This document shows, in pieces, positions 22,947-36,800 of a stretch of 64,000 nt of DNA. The stretch covers positions 48,796,001-48,860,000 of the forward strand of contig OZ249436.1 in assembly GCA_965235115.1 (NCBI GenBank). The letters are read 5' to 3'. The position numbers and the translations under genes were made by a program. The notes under the pieces were generated by a model. It had not been told where the DNA came from. It made no database searches and was given only the letters and a program-made list of their open reading frames with translations. Source of the stretch: Laetmonice hystrix. Its lineage: Eukaryota. How positions within the stretch are numbered: the first letter of the stretch is position 1; every line of letters starts with the position of its first letter.

Positions 22947-25900
22947 TTACAACAGTTTGCATGCAATGTCAAATGCAGGATTCACAGAGCACCTTTCAAT
23001 CCACTTCTTAACATTAGACGGAGCAGTGTCGGTAAGTTTACTTTGCTGAATGGCTGACCAGAGAACAATATCAGCCAAAGACAATAGGCCTCCTACAAGA
23101 AAGTTCTCCTTTCCCAACCGAGCATTCAAAGTTTTCAGCACAGCAGTCTTCTCCTTACTTGTTCCATTGCTCACAGTGTTAGCCAGGTCTACATAGTTAT
23201 CTATCTCGGTTGCCAAGATGATGTCTCCAGCATCATATGCTGGACTCAGCAGGCGAGCAAGATATCGTGCCACACTTCCTTCACCTTGAATGATCGTCTG
23301 GATGTTTGGACTCACCATCAATGTTGGCCCATGTTTTACTGAAATACACAATATGCAATTGTCACTAAACAGTCTGACAAAAGACTGTTATAAGAAGTTT
23401 GATTGTACCCTGAACACGGAGCCCTTTTTGAAAAAAAAATCGACCCGAAAGTGTTCAAATCTGAAGGCATACCGGTATATACCCAACACAAGGCCGTGCC
23501 CGAAAGATAGCTGCAGAGGGGATTTGGACCTCATGGTCAGGGAAAAAGTTTCCTGGATTGCTGAGCTCCTCCCTGATCTGCTCACCCCAAGCTTACAACA
23601 TCTAACTGTACTAGACAAAACATGCATGGCTACAATATAGCCAGAACCTTCTCTTTGCTTTGAAAACATCTTTTGAAGAAACTTTAGTGGGCTATTCACT
23701 ATCAATGTTCCATTTGCACATGGCAGGATTACCCCCAGAACCCCCAGCCTCACTTTCAAATCCATCACAGATGGACACATGCAGTGATCAGTCTAGTTCA
23801 TACAGTAACCACTAGGTGTCTCACTGAGTATGCAGGCTCGCTGCCCTTGCACTGCCAGGTGTCAAGGCAGGTTATGGAAAGATGGTTGAACCATGTACAA
23901 TACAAAAATGTATAAACATAATTATGCCAGATAAAATTACATAAATTTATATGAAACTTCGGGAGAAAAAAAACGTGGTAATCTATTGGGTATATAGGGT
24001 ACATGTATTAGAACTGCTGGAGTGGTGACTATCCCTTTTCAGAACTTTATAATACAACAAATTTATCATTATCTCCTAATAAAAATCTCATTATACCACA
24101 CCTGTATCAAATGTAAATCTTACCATCCTTCCAGATAAGTGTAAGTGCGATGTGAGCATGTTGACGAGGACCTGCGATGCCATTATTTCCCAAGGCATGC
24201 CTCAAACATTCTGAGACTCCTTTAGGTAGAGAGGAGTGGACATGGCAGGCAGTAATCACTTTGTATTGTTGTGACAGGAGATGGTAGAGGACAGCTACAG
24301 ACAGTGGCACCTGGGCAGGGTTTGCACTGATTACAAGATCACGCACCACGCTATCCTGAAACAACCACATCAAACTTTGTTATATAGATGACAAATCATG
24401 ATGAGTATCATACATAATCGTGATAAAGCCTGTTCCAATTGATAATAAATGGGTTCTAATGCATTACAATACTGCCCCCAAGTGTCAACCTTACTTCATA
24501 GTTCAAAATATTCCCACCAGGGGAGCCACCTGTCATTATATGCTAACCTACATGTTTTAATCATATCAAATTCTTTTTAATTAAAACCAGAAAGACAGTG
24601 AGAAAGTAATATTTTAGATGTGGTCCTGCACATGTTGCCTATATCAGTAATGTGGTATTGACTTAGTAAGTACTCAGAACTTTAATGTCATAATAATAAC
24701 AAAAGTCGTCTTGTGACATAAAACTGTGGAAAAGGCGTGCCAACATTGTCTTTAGACAAAGTATATACAATTTCTTTGACAGAAACTAATAAAATTCTTA
24801 TTCTCACCAGAGGAGGCACTTCCACAGAATGAGAGATGAAGGATGACTGTGTTGTTGCTGCTGGTGTTGGAAGACTGCCAGACTTCTGGGCCAATTCATT
24901 CACCTTGGCTTGTAATATCTCCAGTTTGGCAAGGAGATTCTCCTGCCGCTTTTCAAGTTCAACCAATGCTGGGTCACCATTCTCAACAACTCCAGGCTGG
25001 AAACAAATTAATGGCTGCATTAACATTTAAACTCTGCAAGTGCAACAAAAACCTCTTAGGTATATGTCTCCCCTTTGTATTCCAGAACCTTGGCCAGATT
25101 TGTCATCACACTGTACTCTCGGACGGTGCAGTCTAAACAATTTGCCAGGGTGCATGACTGTTGCCAATTATATTACATGTCCCTCGCACTGTTCTAATAT
25201 ATTCCAATACATCTTGAGAATACTTTCTGCACTTTGCTATGTGCTGTATAAATATATCATGCACTGGCCTGGATGTGAGAAAAATGAAATCGTGGACTCT
25301 GATATATTATCTCTTTGCGGTCAAGAGTTTCTTTTTAGTTTTAGCCAAAACTGAGTTATGGCACTGCTGGTGTGTGTTCTGCAGCACAGTGTCGTGAACA
25401 GTTACAGAGCATTACAATTTACATAACATCCTGCCGTTTAGGTTCCTAAATTCCTTAAAGGTTTGTAACATTTTGAAATGCTACATGATCCTGAACACAG
25501 GGCTGTTCATGCGATGATAGCTGTCGAGATGCCATTGGTATTATATCTCAGGGTTCTCACCAGGAATTTCCAGCCGAGTAGTGGTCAAACCACGGGCAGA
25601 GCCCTGGTTAGAGGCGTGAAGCCCCACTTCCAAGCTCTGGTAATTTAGCAGGCCTTTTTGAAAAATCCCAGAGAGCTATAATAAATCACTCTTGACACAT
25701 TGGTATTGCAGGTTTTTTTCTTATAAATTTTAAATTTTTTTAATTTTTTTGGATAAATTCTACGGATCACGATCAATCGCGCACCTAGATCACATTTTAC
25801 CAGCGTGATGGAGCACGAGTGCAATTGCACCTGATTAAAGTGAAAGCCTGGTATTGGGAGCTTTTCACACCCCAAAATTAGCTCCCCTAGGCCTAGTACC

Positions 25901-28900
25901 TTATAGGGTTTTGCTGACTATTGTAGAGAATTTGTACTATTGCCTGTTAATTTGTTGGGTGGTAGTGGGTTTGACCAGTGAGAATTTTGATTCGAGGATC
26001 TGGGGGGGGGGGAAGCTAAGCTAAGGGGGTTCCAGCCCCCCCCCCCCCCCCAATTTTGGACGATGCTACAGGCCTCGAATTAGAAGTTGAAAGGGGCACG
26101 GCAAAAACTGCTGTCGATACATAAGAATCAACGTCAGATTTTTCCAGGGCACGCGGGAAATTTACGATACATGGAAAAGGCACGACGGCAATTGCCGTCG
26201 ATGCCGTCGAGTAATTCGAGGCCTGATGTTATTTTATATATTTTTGTCAGGCTTTCCCAGTGTCACAGTCTGTTTTCTCTGCGGTCTGAGATCTCCGGGA
26301 GGTTGGCTGCAGAGTCGTGTGTATTTGTATCGTTCCCAGGTCATAGGCCTAGCGTATTTGGGGTTCCGTATCAGGTTTGAATATTGAGACCTCATGTAAT
26401 AACCCATTTCTCCTCCATCAGTTTTGTTTTGGTCCACAATTTGCCAATATAATACAGGCTGTCGTTTATTAGTGTTTGGAAGAAAACTCCACCGCCCCTA
26501 CCATCAGCTAGCACTGTAGCAGACGACCGGAGGTGTGAGCCCAACCTATGAGTATGACACGCGCGTGCGCCAGTGCCAGGATTACCTTAACAGTCAATGT
26601 TCGGTAGAAATCATGTGTAGCTCTAACTAGGAAAATATGGATTCCGTCTCATTTCAAAAAGATGTGTGTAGGGGGGAGGGTCCATTGTCCTGCTCGACCA
26701 CCAAAGCTCCTTTTTATAGGGGAGTGGCGGTGGCCTAGTGGGCATGGATGTCGACACCTTATGCTATGCGAATGGGTGCAGTAATCTTAGGGCCTGGGTT
26801 CGATTCCTGTAGAGGACTATACAACTTTTCTCTTTAGGGACATTGTCAAAGTAATTGGGTTACCCCTGATGCCCGTGCATTTCAAAAGAAAAATACAGTC
26901 TACGCCAGTGCCAGGATTACCTTAACAGTCAATGTTCGGTAGAAATCATGTGTAGCTCTAACTAGGAAAATATGGATTCCGTCTCATTTCAAAAAGATGT
27001 GTGTAGGGGGGAGGGTCCATTGTCCTGCTCGACCACCAAAGCTCCTTTTTATAGGGGAGTGGCGGTGGCCTAGTGGGCATGGATGTCGACACCTTATGCT
27101 ATGCGAATGGGTGCAGTAATCTTAGGGCCTGGGTTCGATTCCTGTAGAGGACTATACAACTTTTCTCTTTAGGGACATTGTCAAAGTAATTGGGTTACCC
27201 CTGATGCCCGTGCATTTCAAAAGAAAAATACAGTCGGCAGGGGCGGATCCAGGATTTTGGAAAAGGGGGGACCGGTTGGAAGTAAAGGGGGACGAGCTCT
27301 GCTAGGGGGTCCGGGGGCATGCCCCCGGACAATTTTGAATATCTACTACTACTAGTCTACCTAGGCTAGAGTCTCTGAATGGCATTTCCTGCATTCTGAG
27401 AAAGCAAAAACCAAAATGTTTGTTTTACAGTTGCGAACAACAAAATTGCCTTTTTTCTGATTGGTACCCTGACGAAAGGGGGGCCACGCCCCCCCCCCTT
27501 AATCCGCCCCTGGTCGGGTTCGTCCTCTAAACAATAGGAAACCATGCCCTGGAGTTTGCAGACCGGCGGAGAAAACAGACCGCGACACCGGCTGGCGGCT
27601 GAGCTGACTCTGAGCGAGTCTGACGATCACGGACTACACAGACGAATACCAGTTACTGTGAGCGGCAGCAACTGTGAGCGGCAGTCAGTGTGAGCGGCAG
27701 TTGTGAGCGGCGGTCACAGTCACATATGAGCGCATGGATAGCATGCTAGATGTTTCACATATAATCTACCGTAGGCCTAATTGGTAACACAACATGTCCG
27801 CAAGTCGCCTAGTCCAGGAACCTAGACCCTGTTTCTGCTAGTTTGTTGTCAACAGGGTCTAGGAGTTAAGCTTTCAAATCCAGTGGCACCTTGCCACGCC
27901 TACCCCCGTGGCAAACTTCACCGGCTTCACTCACTCACTACGACTGACTCATTACACAAACTGACTCTACCGGTGACAGCAGACACCTTTTTCTCTCTCT
28001 TCACACCATTATTGGGGTATGTTGATTAATACTGAGTTCGTGTGCGGCTGTCGTTTGCAACCCTCTCTGAAATCGTCGATGAATCTGTCGCCATCTTGAT
28101 TCGAATTTGGCTAGCGGTGACGTCATGGGCATGTTTCTGGTAAAAGTGGAATCGCAATGGGAAGTGAACAGCACCACGCTGGCTGGGAATCTGCGTGGTT
28201 CGTTCCGCCTGGCGGCCACATAACAATTCATATGTTCCTGACCCATCGGTCAATCCAACATGGCTATACTTCCGTTCGACGGTTGTGTGTGCAAAGAGAA
28301 CAGGCAAAACCGTGCACAAAAGTATGCTTTATAAAGACCACAACGCAACACATCACCGTGAATCATACATTAATATCTTTTGTATCTACTTGGCAAGTTT
28401 TACCACCCAGAGTGATCCCAAAAGGAAGTTATCAGTCGCCGAATGACGCGAACCCCGGTCACTCGAACGTTCAATGTGGTTGCCACGCGCTTTTTCGATT
28501 CAACTGCCAGAGTCTGATACAGACTACATATCAGATATCAGACTCTGGCTTGTTGGAGTACAAGTCGCCATGTCCGCAAGGATCGTGGATACCTATATTT
28601 ATTATAGTACTATTAAACGATCCGGGATGTAGAGGTCTACGCCCGGTCATGTCCGCCCCTCGCCGCTCTGCTCGAGGCGCCCGGCAAGGGACACGCTCCG
28701 TTACGGGGTGGCTCATCACATGTCCGCTCAAGCCGCTCACAGTAGGCCTAACTGCCGCTCACAGTGACTGCCGCTCACAGTGGCTGACGCTCACAGTGGA
28801 ATACCAGTTACTGTGAGCGGCAGCAACTGTGAGCGGCAGTCAGTGTGAGCGGCAGTTGTGAGCGGCGGTCACAGTCACATATGAGCGCATGGATAGCATG

Positions 28901-30141
28901 CTAGATGTTTCACATATAATCTACCGTAGGCCTAATTGGTAACACAACATGTCCGCAAGTCGCCTAGTCCAGGAACCTAGACCCTGTTTCTGCTAGTTTG
29001 TTGTCAACAGGGTCTAGGAGTTAAGCTTTCAAATCCAGTGGCACCTTGCCACGCCTACCCCCGTGGCAAACTTCACCGGCTTCACTCACTCACTACGACT
29101 GACTCATTACACAAACTGACTCTACCGGTGACAGCAGACACCTTTTTCTCTCTCTTCACACCATTATTGGGGTATGTTGATTAATACTGAGTTCGTGTGC
29201 GGCTGTCGTTTGCAACCCTCTCTGAAATCGTCGATGAATCTGTCGCCATCTTGATTCGAATTTGGCTAGCGGTGACGTCATGGGCATGTTTCTGGTAAAA
29301 GTGGAATCGCAATGGGAAGTGAACAGCACCACGCTGGCTGGGAATCTGCGTGGTTCGTTCCGCCTGGCGGCCACATAACAATTCATATGTTCCTGACCCA
29401 TCGGTCAATCCAACATGGCTATACTTCCGTTCGACGGTTGTGTGTGCAAAGAGAACAGGCAAAACCGTGCACAAAAGTATGCTTTATAAAGACCACAACG
29501 CAACACATCACCGTGAATCATACATTAATATCTTTTGTATCTACTTGGCAAGTTTTACCACCCAGAGTGATCCCAAAAGGAAGTTATCAGTCGCCGAATG
29601 ACGCGAACCCCGGTCACTCGAACGTTCAATGTGGTTGCCACGCGCTTTTTCGATTCAACTGCCAGAGTCTGATACAGACTACATATCAGATATCATTATC
29701 AGACTCTGGCTTGTTGGAGTACAAGTCGCCATGTCCGCAAGGATCGTGGATACCTATATTTATTATAGTACTATTAAACGATCCGGGATGTAGAGGTCTA
29801 CGCCCGGTCATGTCCGCCCCTCGCCGCTCTGCTCGAGGCGCCCGGCAAGGGACACGCTCCGTTACGGGGTGGCTCATCACATGTCCGCTCAAGCCGCTCA
29901 CAGTAGGCCTAACTGCCGCTCACAGTGGCTGACGCTCACAGTGACTGGATACCACACAGACACACAGTATACACGTTTTCATTACATGAAGTTCAAAACT
30001 ATTTCATACCATACTGGATCCATGTACACTCTTGACTTTGTACATGCAAGTCGGTAACTCTATTGATGCGTTTTTATCGAAGAAAGGGTTCAATTTGTAC
30101 ATGCCGGTAGGCCCATTCCTTACCGAACTCATGCCTGCCAT
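22947..30141 (-). CDS. AIMP2: Aminoacyl-tRNA synthetase complex-interacting multifunctional protein 2, about 314 aa, 4 exons
   Basis: Exons 30141-30010, 24996-24808, 24355-24124, 23338-22947, in phase. MYKLNPF..IELPTCMYKV N-terminus, LEKRQENLLAKLEILQAKV zipper, DLVISANP, LTLIWKD, IQGEGSVARYL and GST-like LSLADIVLWS. The start could instead be 30132 or 30102. Confidence 0.92.
26069..26225. mobile_element. MITE with CAGGCCTCGAATTA TIRs and 6-bp TSD (hAT6-like)
   Basis: TIRs at both ends; flanks ATGCTA / ATGTTA. A longer relative lies at 60693-61079. Confidence 0.7.
26568..27235 (+). repeat. 335-bp tandem duplication containing a tRNA-derived SINE-like head
   Basis: 26568-26900 is repeated at 26903-27235. 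A-box-like TGGCCTAGTGG (26731) and B-box GGTTCGATTCC (26797) occur in each copy. No cloverleaf is evident. Confidence 0.75.
27238..27512. mobile_element. hAT5-like MITE, uninterrupted copy
   Basis: CAGGGGCGGATCC...AATCCGCCCCTG flanked by GTCGG on both sides. Confidence 0.8.
27644..29948. mobile_element. Two tandem near-identical copies (period 1155 bp) of a TIR element with subterminal repeats (CACTA/EnSpm-like architecture)
   Basis: TIR CCAGTTACTGTGAGCG (27649, 28804) / CGCTCACAGTGACTGG (ends 29948). Arrays of GTGAGCGGCAG and its inverse near the ends; ATA flanks at 27646-27648 and 29949-29951. Confidence 0.75.
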
Positions 30142-30896
30142 GCTGACTGATGCAACTCAGTCACCTAGCCTGGTTCCCTGTGCTATCGTATCTACCGTCC
30201 GCTATGTCAATATAGAGCTGGGGACCCGGCTACTCAGTCACTGAGAAATTGCGAGTTTGTGCGAGATTTGGTATTCGACTTCGTCCAAGAGCCTGCTAAG
30301 ACGCTATCGTTGATTGGACAACACAGACTTCCGGTATACCAATTTCTATGCACTGATTGCCATCTAAAATGACGGAACGTGCAAAGCAGTTGATTTTCCC
30401 CACATGACATTCCCAGTAAACAGCTGATCTGAGATGTAACGTTCTTACTGTAAGCCAGTTTCAATGTAAAGTGACGCAGAATTTGAATATTTCGACATGA
30501 AAGAACAGAGCCTCGCATCCAATAAACAAGCGAAACACATCGGCTGTACATCATCAACCCGATATCGCGTTACAGCGCGCTACCTGCGTTTAACCGCCGT
30601 TAAATGCTCTGAAATTTCCATTACTCACTGCAGTAATCTAGAACTACGTTGAGGATCCTCGATCTTATCCAGGCAAGAGCGTGGGAGCAAGCAAAACCGT
30701 GTCAAGCTGGGAAATTAGGTCAACAACAAGGTCAATGTCATAGTCACGTGACCGTTTTTAGGTAAAATGGCGGCTGACGAAAATTTTCAACATGGACCCT
30801 AAAAATAATGAGTTTGATTACATGTGTCACAGTGGACACCGTGTAAGTGATTAGCAGACGATCTATTAGTTAAAGGTACTGCATGCAGTGAGCAAT
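30142..30896. promoter_or_regulatory. Putative bidirectional promoter shared by AIMP2 and BPTF
   Basis: Divergent start codons about 755 bp apart; CpG-rich. GATTGG (30312), ETS-like ACTTCCGGT (30327), E-box GTCACGTGAC (30743), YY1-like AAAATGGCGGC (30764). Confidence 0.65.
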
Positions 30897-33800
30897 ATGT
30901 CGACAAGGGGCAGACGAGGCAGGGGTCGCCCGCCCAAAACTCCATTGTCATCTTCTCGATCTCACTTTCTCAAAAAGCCGAAGACCAAACCGCAGTTGCA
31001 ACTGAACGAGTCGGATAGCGGTAACTCTGGCGGCAACTCCCGCTCCAGCACACCGGTAAGCACAACCTCGAGTAACCCGCTCGGTCGGTCAGGACTTCGG
31101 ACCAGGGCTAGGGAAGCAGCCCAGAGGAGTCGGAGTTTCCTCCACCATGTCATGCAAGATGATGATGAGTTGGGGCCTGATCATGATGATGATTTGGATG
31201 ACAGCAGGTCCGTCAGCGATTATCCTGACGACCTGGGACTGGATGATGAACGTGCTGTTGGGGATGAGGATGAAGATTCTGACTTTACTGTTGATGAAAC
31301 TGGTTCTGTTTACAGTGAAGCAAGTAATAGTACATTTAGTAGTACTCCAGGCAAGCGCAAATACTTCCCAAGGAGACCTAAAACGCCAGAATTCATTGAT
31401 GCAGAAGACATACCGTCGCTTGTTCTTCCCTCAAGTTCCAATGATCTGCTCTTGGACAATGAACATGTATTGCAGGCAATTGGGATTTATGAGATTCTTA
31501 GACATTTCAGAGTGATTCTACGATTATCACCCTTTCGATTTGAGGATTTCTGCGCAGCATTAGTAAGTGAAGAACAAAACTGCATGTTAGCAGAAATACA
31601 CGTCTGCCTGTTGAGAGCGTTGCAGAGAGAGGAAGAAGCAAACAATACCACATTTGGGCCGCATGATCTGAAAGACAGCATCAATGTTTCTTTTTACTTT
31701 CTTGATGGAATGACGTGGTCAGAAGTCATTAGGATGTATCTTGACAGTGACAGATCAGTGGAGTTTCGAAATGCATTACCTGCTTTGGAGAAAAGCGACT
31801 ATACATCAGTTACTGTTGCAGAAAAACTACAGATATTACAAACTATGACTGACCTTTTTCTCAGCACCAATGCAGTGCGTGAGGAAATCACAAATGAAGG
31901 CAACATTAAGTATGATGATCACTGCCGAGCATGTCATAAGTAAGTATATAAAACAAATTATTTTGAGTTTGTCTTAAGTTTTTAATTGTATAATCATAAC
32001 TTTTCAGCAGTGGTTTGTCACCTGTCTAAACATTCTTCCTGCCAATAAAATTATGTTGTTTGAAAAGGATCTAAACTAAAAGATTATCAAACAAATTTAT
32101 TCAACTTAACTAAAAAAAATCTAAAATCTGTTTGTAAATAGATGGGGGATATTAGACTTAGAGTGTCTCAAGCCTGTCTAGTGTCACAGGTGTCGCCTGT
32201 TATTCCAAGCAGCACACAGCCTTCTGTCTGCCGGGTCTGACAGCCCATGTCACTGTCATCATGCCCCTCATGTCCATTTACAATTAGTATCAGGATTTCT
32301 TGAACTTCCAGCCCCATTGACTCAGACTTGTGATCGGTTCAGAAAAGGTGTTTTCAGGAGAGCAAAAAATGTAGCCAAATGGAATTAGTCCACTGATGAC
32401 TTAATGTATTCATGCGCAGGGCCTTAAAGCACCGAAAGCTCTCATGTTAACATGGTCACTCAGTGATTAGACTGACGAGCTACAAAACTTTTCAGGAAAC
32501 TGGGTAGATTTAATTCTATGAATCTGCCTAATATTTATGTCAGTAAGCTATCGTAATGTTTTCTTGTAAACATTTGAGGACAGTGGTATTAAGTAAGTGG
32601 TTTTCACTGAAGTTTTGGGGTTGTCAGAACCTTACATTTGCTGATGAGTGCAGACTCGTGGACATAACACCAGATCAAGGAGTCAAAGTTCACAACCACA
32701 TGGACACACTGTGTGTTGTCGGTCTAGCACATGGAACCTGTATCGTAACATAATCGTGTGCTTTTTGGATGCTAAGCTGACTGGCTTCCAATGATGGAGA
32801 GAGAAGTTAACAGGCAAGCAAATATTGTAGACATTGACACAAAGCCCTTTGAACAACAAATTATGGGAGTGGTTGACAACAAAAGACAGTGCTCAGCAGA
32901 GAATTCTTCTCCTTTTAGGTTTAGGCCTACACAAAAACTAAATAGGCCTACAAGTGGTGTTGCTGTAAAGTTGCAAGTAGTGTGGCAAATTATGACTCGA
33001 TTTATCTAAAAATGTAAATGTCAGTACAAGGTTAAATAACTCAAGGTATTTTAGACAAACCCAGTAACAATTGCCTCTCCCTGCAATAACCCTGTATGTG
33101 TATTAACAGTTGTGCACACTGTCTTGATATAACAGAGTAGGTGTTAAAAATAACGGTCAATCTCCAGAGATGGCATGCTCTGATCAAGGTGCTCAGTCAG
33201 TAAGGTGCGTATTCGCCATAGGCCTATGTACATATGGCTAAAAAGCATAATTTTTTGAATTTATTAAATTAAAAAAAAAAATCGAACGAATCAAAAAGAT
33301 AAACATCTATGATTTTTTGGCTTTGAATTTAATCATGATTTTAATCAATGATTTTAATCAGATGATTACCTAACCCTGGGTGGTGAGATAGTACTAAGTA
33401 GGTAAAATATTCCAGGGCCCCGTCTTACTAAGCCGGCGACATCGCCAAATGGGACGTCGCCGGCCCATATAAGGTAATATGTCGCCTGTTCTGGCGACGT
33501 GCCCCATTGCTTTAACGTTGGCGACATTTGGCGGGCGATGTCACCGGCTTAGTAAGACGGGCCCCAGTTTCTTGTTGTCTGAAGCTCTATATTTTCAAAA
33601 ACCTACCCATGAGCTACAACCCCAAAATTTGTCAACACCTCTGGAAAGGAGAAATCTTCCAGGAAGCCCTGTATTCTTAGCATAGTGACATACAATTTGA
33701 AAATGAGTGTCCATTTATGTTGATAACAGTGACGCCTCTCCCAGCGACTTCTCAGCCATTTATTTGTGGGAGTATTGGTGAGTTGTCAAGATGGCAGCTT

Positions 33801-36800
33801 TAAGGAGAATTTATGCTAACATCACAATATGTACATGTTCCATGTTCAGTTTCTTTTATGTCTTGGTTGATTAATCTAGTTGTCAAGATTCTGAGTGTTT
33901 GATTTTGATCAGTTGAAGACTACTCAGGAAATTGTAATAATCTTCATCCACATTGTGTTAAATAGGTTTTAAATAGAAGAGAAAAACTTGAATTTTATAT
34001 GAAGATGAGCAAGGAACTCATCATTTTCAGGACTTGGGGTTTTCAGAGCTACTTGTTCTACCTTGTTCTATAAATAATTACACAAACTGTGCATACTGTT
34101 CCTCCTAGATTATGTGCAGGTTTGATGCTGAATATTGGAAATGAAGATGATATTACCAAATAGCTAAAGAACCTGGGCCACTCAGAAATGGTTGTTTATT
34201 GTGAGGTAGTAATGCCTTTGAATTTATTGTGAAACTGCATTTTATTTAAAATTACTCTTTTTGTAGAAAAAGCATTTTATGCAAATAGAGAACTTTAAAT
34301 TTTTAATAAAAGTTTTGCTTTAAAACTAATGACAAGTTATTCACACTACAATCACAGTTAAACGCTGCCACTCATGACTGCTGCTATAACCAACAGAAGA
34401 AGATATTGTGTTTATTCTCTGTGTGCTGTCATTGTTTGCAGGCTCGGAGACCTGTTGTGCTGCGAAACATGCTCTGCCGTGTATCACTTGACATGCGTAG
34501 AGCCGGCAATGGAAGAGGTCCCCGAGGATGACTGGCTCTGCAGTATCTGCGTAGCGCATCAGGTCAGTCTACTCACTATGTTCTAGATGCTTGTTTTAAC
34601 TTGTGTATGAGAAGTCATTTTATGTGTGTTTTTGTGCAGTTGTACATAATATGTATTCTTCGTTCAAACATCAACATTTCCTGCAGATTTACCCGGTGTT
34701 TTGAGAGGGAAATGCCACCAAAAATGCAATCTGTGTGTCAAAATTTTTGAAAATATCGTACCTTTGGCCACAAAATCATAATTTTCTGCAATTTTGATAT
34801 TTTCTCCTGTTTATGTCTGTTTGTTGAATTTCAGGTGAAGGGTGTCACAGACTGCATCTCTGACATAGAGAAAAATGGAATGCTGTGCCGACAGGATCCT
34901 CTTGGCTTTGATCGACATGGACGCAAGTATTGGCTCCTTGGCCGCAGAGTCATTGTGTAAGTATTGTTTATTCTGGGTTGATAAAAATAATTTTGAGTAT
35001 GGCAAAACATTTTCTGAGTGGCTAAAGTGTATAGGGTGACCGATTTTTCAAATTAATCACTTGCCACAGGACAAGTTGACTACAAAATTCCACTTGCCCG
35101 GCTCTGACATCCACATGCCCTCTATAATTGTTATTAAGTCTATGTTGGGTCAGAGCACTAGCCATTTGTCTTTTGTTGGACTTGCCCGACCATGGACTCG
35201 CCTTGCCCCGGGTGTCGGGTGTTAGGAATTGGCCATCACTGCTGAAGTTTAGGTTGTGAATAGTGATAAGTAAAAGCTACCGGTGAGTAGCTCTTGAGCA
35301 TTGGCTTATAATCCTATGCTGACCATGTGATCTTTGTTATCTTGCAGCGAGGGTGACAATGAAGTGTGGTACTACAGCTCAAGGTTACAAATTGATGAGC
35401 TGCTTGAGGTCCTTGATCGTGAAAAATGGGAGAAACATCTTGTCATGGCCATTGAAGAGATGCGGGATGACATCCTTCGCCTAATGCAGCTTACCGAAGA
35501 CATAACTATGGAGCTCAAGGGCAATAAGAAGTCTGCTTTAGAAATAGAAACAGGTACACCTACTGAAAGTAACACTTATTGTATTGATTGTGTCCATCAT
35601 GGCATAATCCGGCAAAAGTGATTCAAAGACAGTCTAAAGTTTATGAAACCAACTTCAGTTTTTTTCTGCTGTGCAGGGCTCCTTTCATCAGTGCAAGCTG
35701 GACAGTTTATAACTAGTTCATCCAAGGTTTTAATGTGAATTCTTTTACCTACTTTCAGCTAATTTAACCAAAATCCAGACAGAGCGTACACAGAAGAGAG
35801 CTCAAGAAGCAGTAGAAAGGAAGGCGCGAGAGGAAGAGGAACGTCAAAAACAGCAGGAGGAAGAAAGAAGAAAAGCATTGGAGGCTGAGCAGCAAGAGCA
35901 AGAAGAAGAAAAGAAGAGGTTGGCTGCAGCAGGCTGGATAGATGAGTCAAAAGTGGTAAGGGGGCCAGGAAAATTAAAGGACTACTTTGATAAATTTGAA
36001 ATTATCTATAGAAAAATGCTGGTTCTTCTTTTTTTTTATAGCTCTGATCATTTCTGTCAGACTGCACATACGTTAAATCTTGTTGGTTTTTTTTACTAGG
36101 AAACTACAAGCACAACTACTGAGAACACTGTGACATCAGTTGTTAATGCTCAGGAAGGTACGGGAGTGGGTGAAGTTAAAGAAATGGTAACAACTACCAC
36201 AACTGCCACCACTACCACAACTACAACCACCAAGGTGGTCCTCAAATCTGATGAGGAGGAAGAGAAGGAAAGTAAAGAAACAGATGAACAAAAGGGAGAT
36301 ACGGTTGTCCAGGAGGATGGAGATAAGGTAGCACCCACTGATATGAACATACAATCAGTCGTTCCCAAGTTGGAAGAGGGAGACCGGGACAAAGCTGAAC
36401 CTACCAGTAACCCTACAGCTAAGGCTACTGTGGTTATTACCAAGGATGGCCACAAGGTGGTGCTGGCGATGGTCAAACCAGATGGCAGCACTGGTTCTAG
36501 CAGCACTAGTAAAGATACTGCCACAACCATGACAACAAGTGCATCCAGTAACACTGTAACTACCACTGGTTAGTACAGATTTTTTTATTACTAATTTTAT
36601 GAAACAGGGGCCCGTCTTACTAAACATCGTTAAGCCCGATCTGGTTAACTTATAGCTAGTTAATAACCAGAAATCGTTAGTAACTAGAGCTGGTTAAAAC
36701 CCGTCTTACTAAGGTCTAGTTAGTAGCGTAACGTATAGGGAGTGGCCTGGTTAACTTAACGACTGGGGAGGGGGTACCGCTAACGTTGTACGTTGTCTGG

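Larger units (their letters stand above)
26257..27591. mobile_element. MITE of the same family as 51109-51460, interrupted by a duplicated SINE-like segment and a hAT5-like MITE
   Basis: 26257-26567 and 27513-27591 are collinear with 51109-51460 (e.g. TCTCCGGGAGGTTGGCTGCAGAGTCGTGTGTATTTGTATCGTTC; CGGAGAAAACAGACCGCGACACCGG). Confidence 0.7.

Noticed and set aside
26719..26820. Functional tRNA gene
   Set aside because: A and B boxes are present, but no acceptor stem or cloverleaf could be built; treated as SINE-like.
28157..29932. 219-aa and 206-aa ORFs as genes
   Set aside because: They lie inside a duplicated TIR element, show no recognisable domain and run into subterminal repeats.
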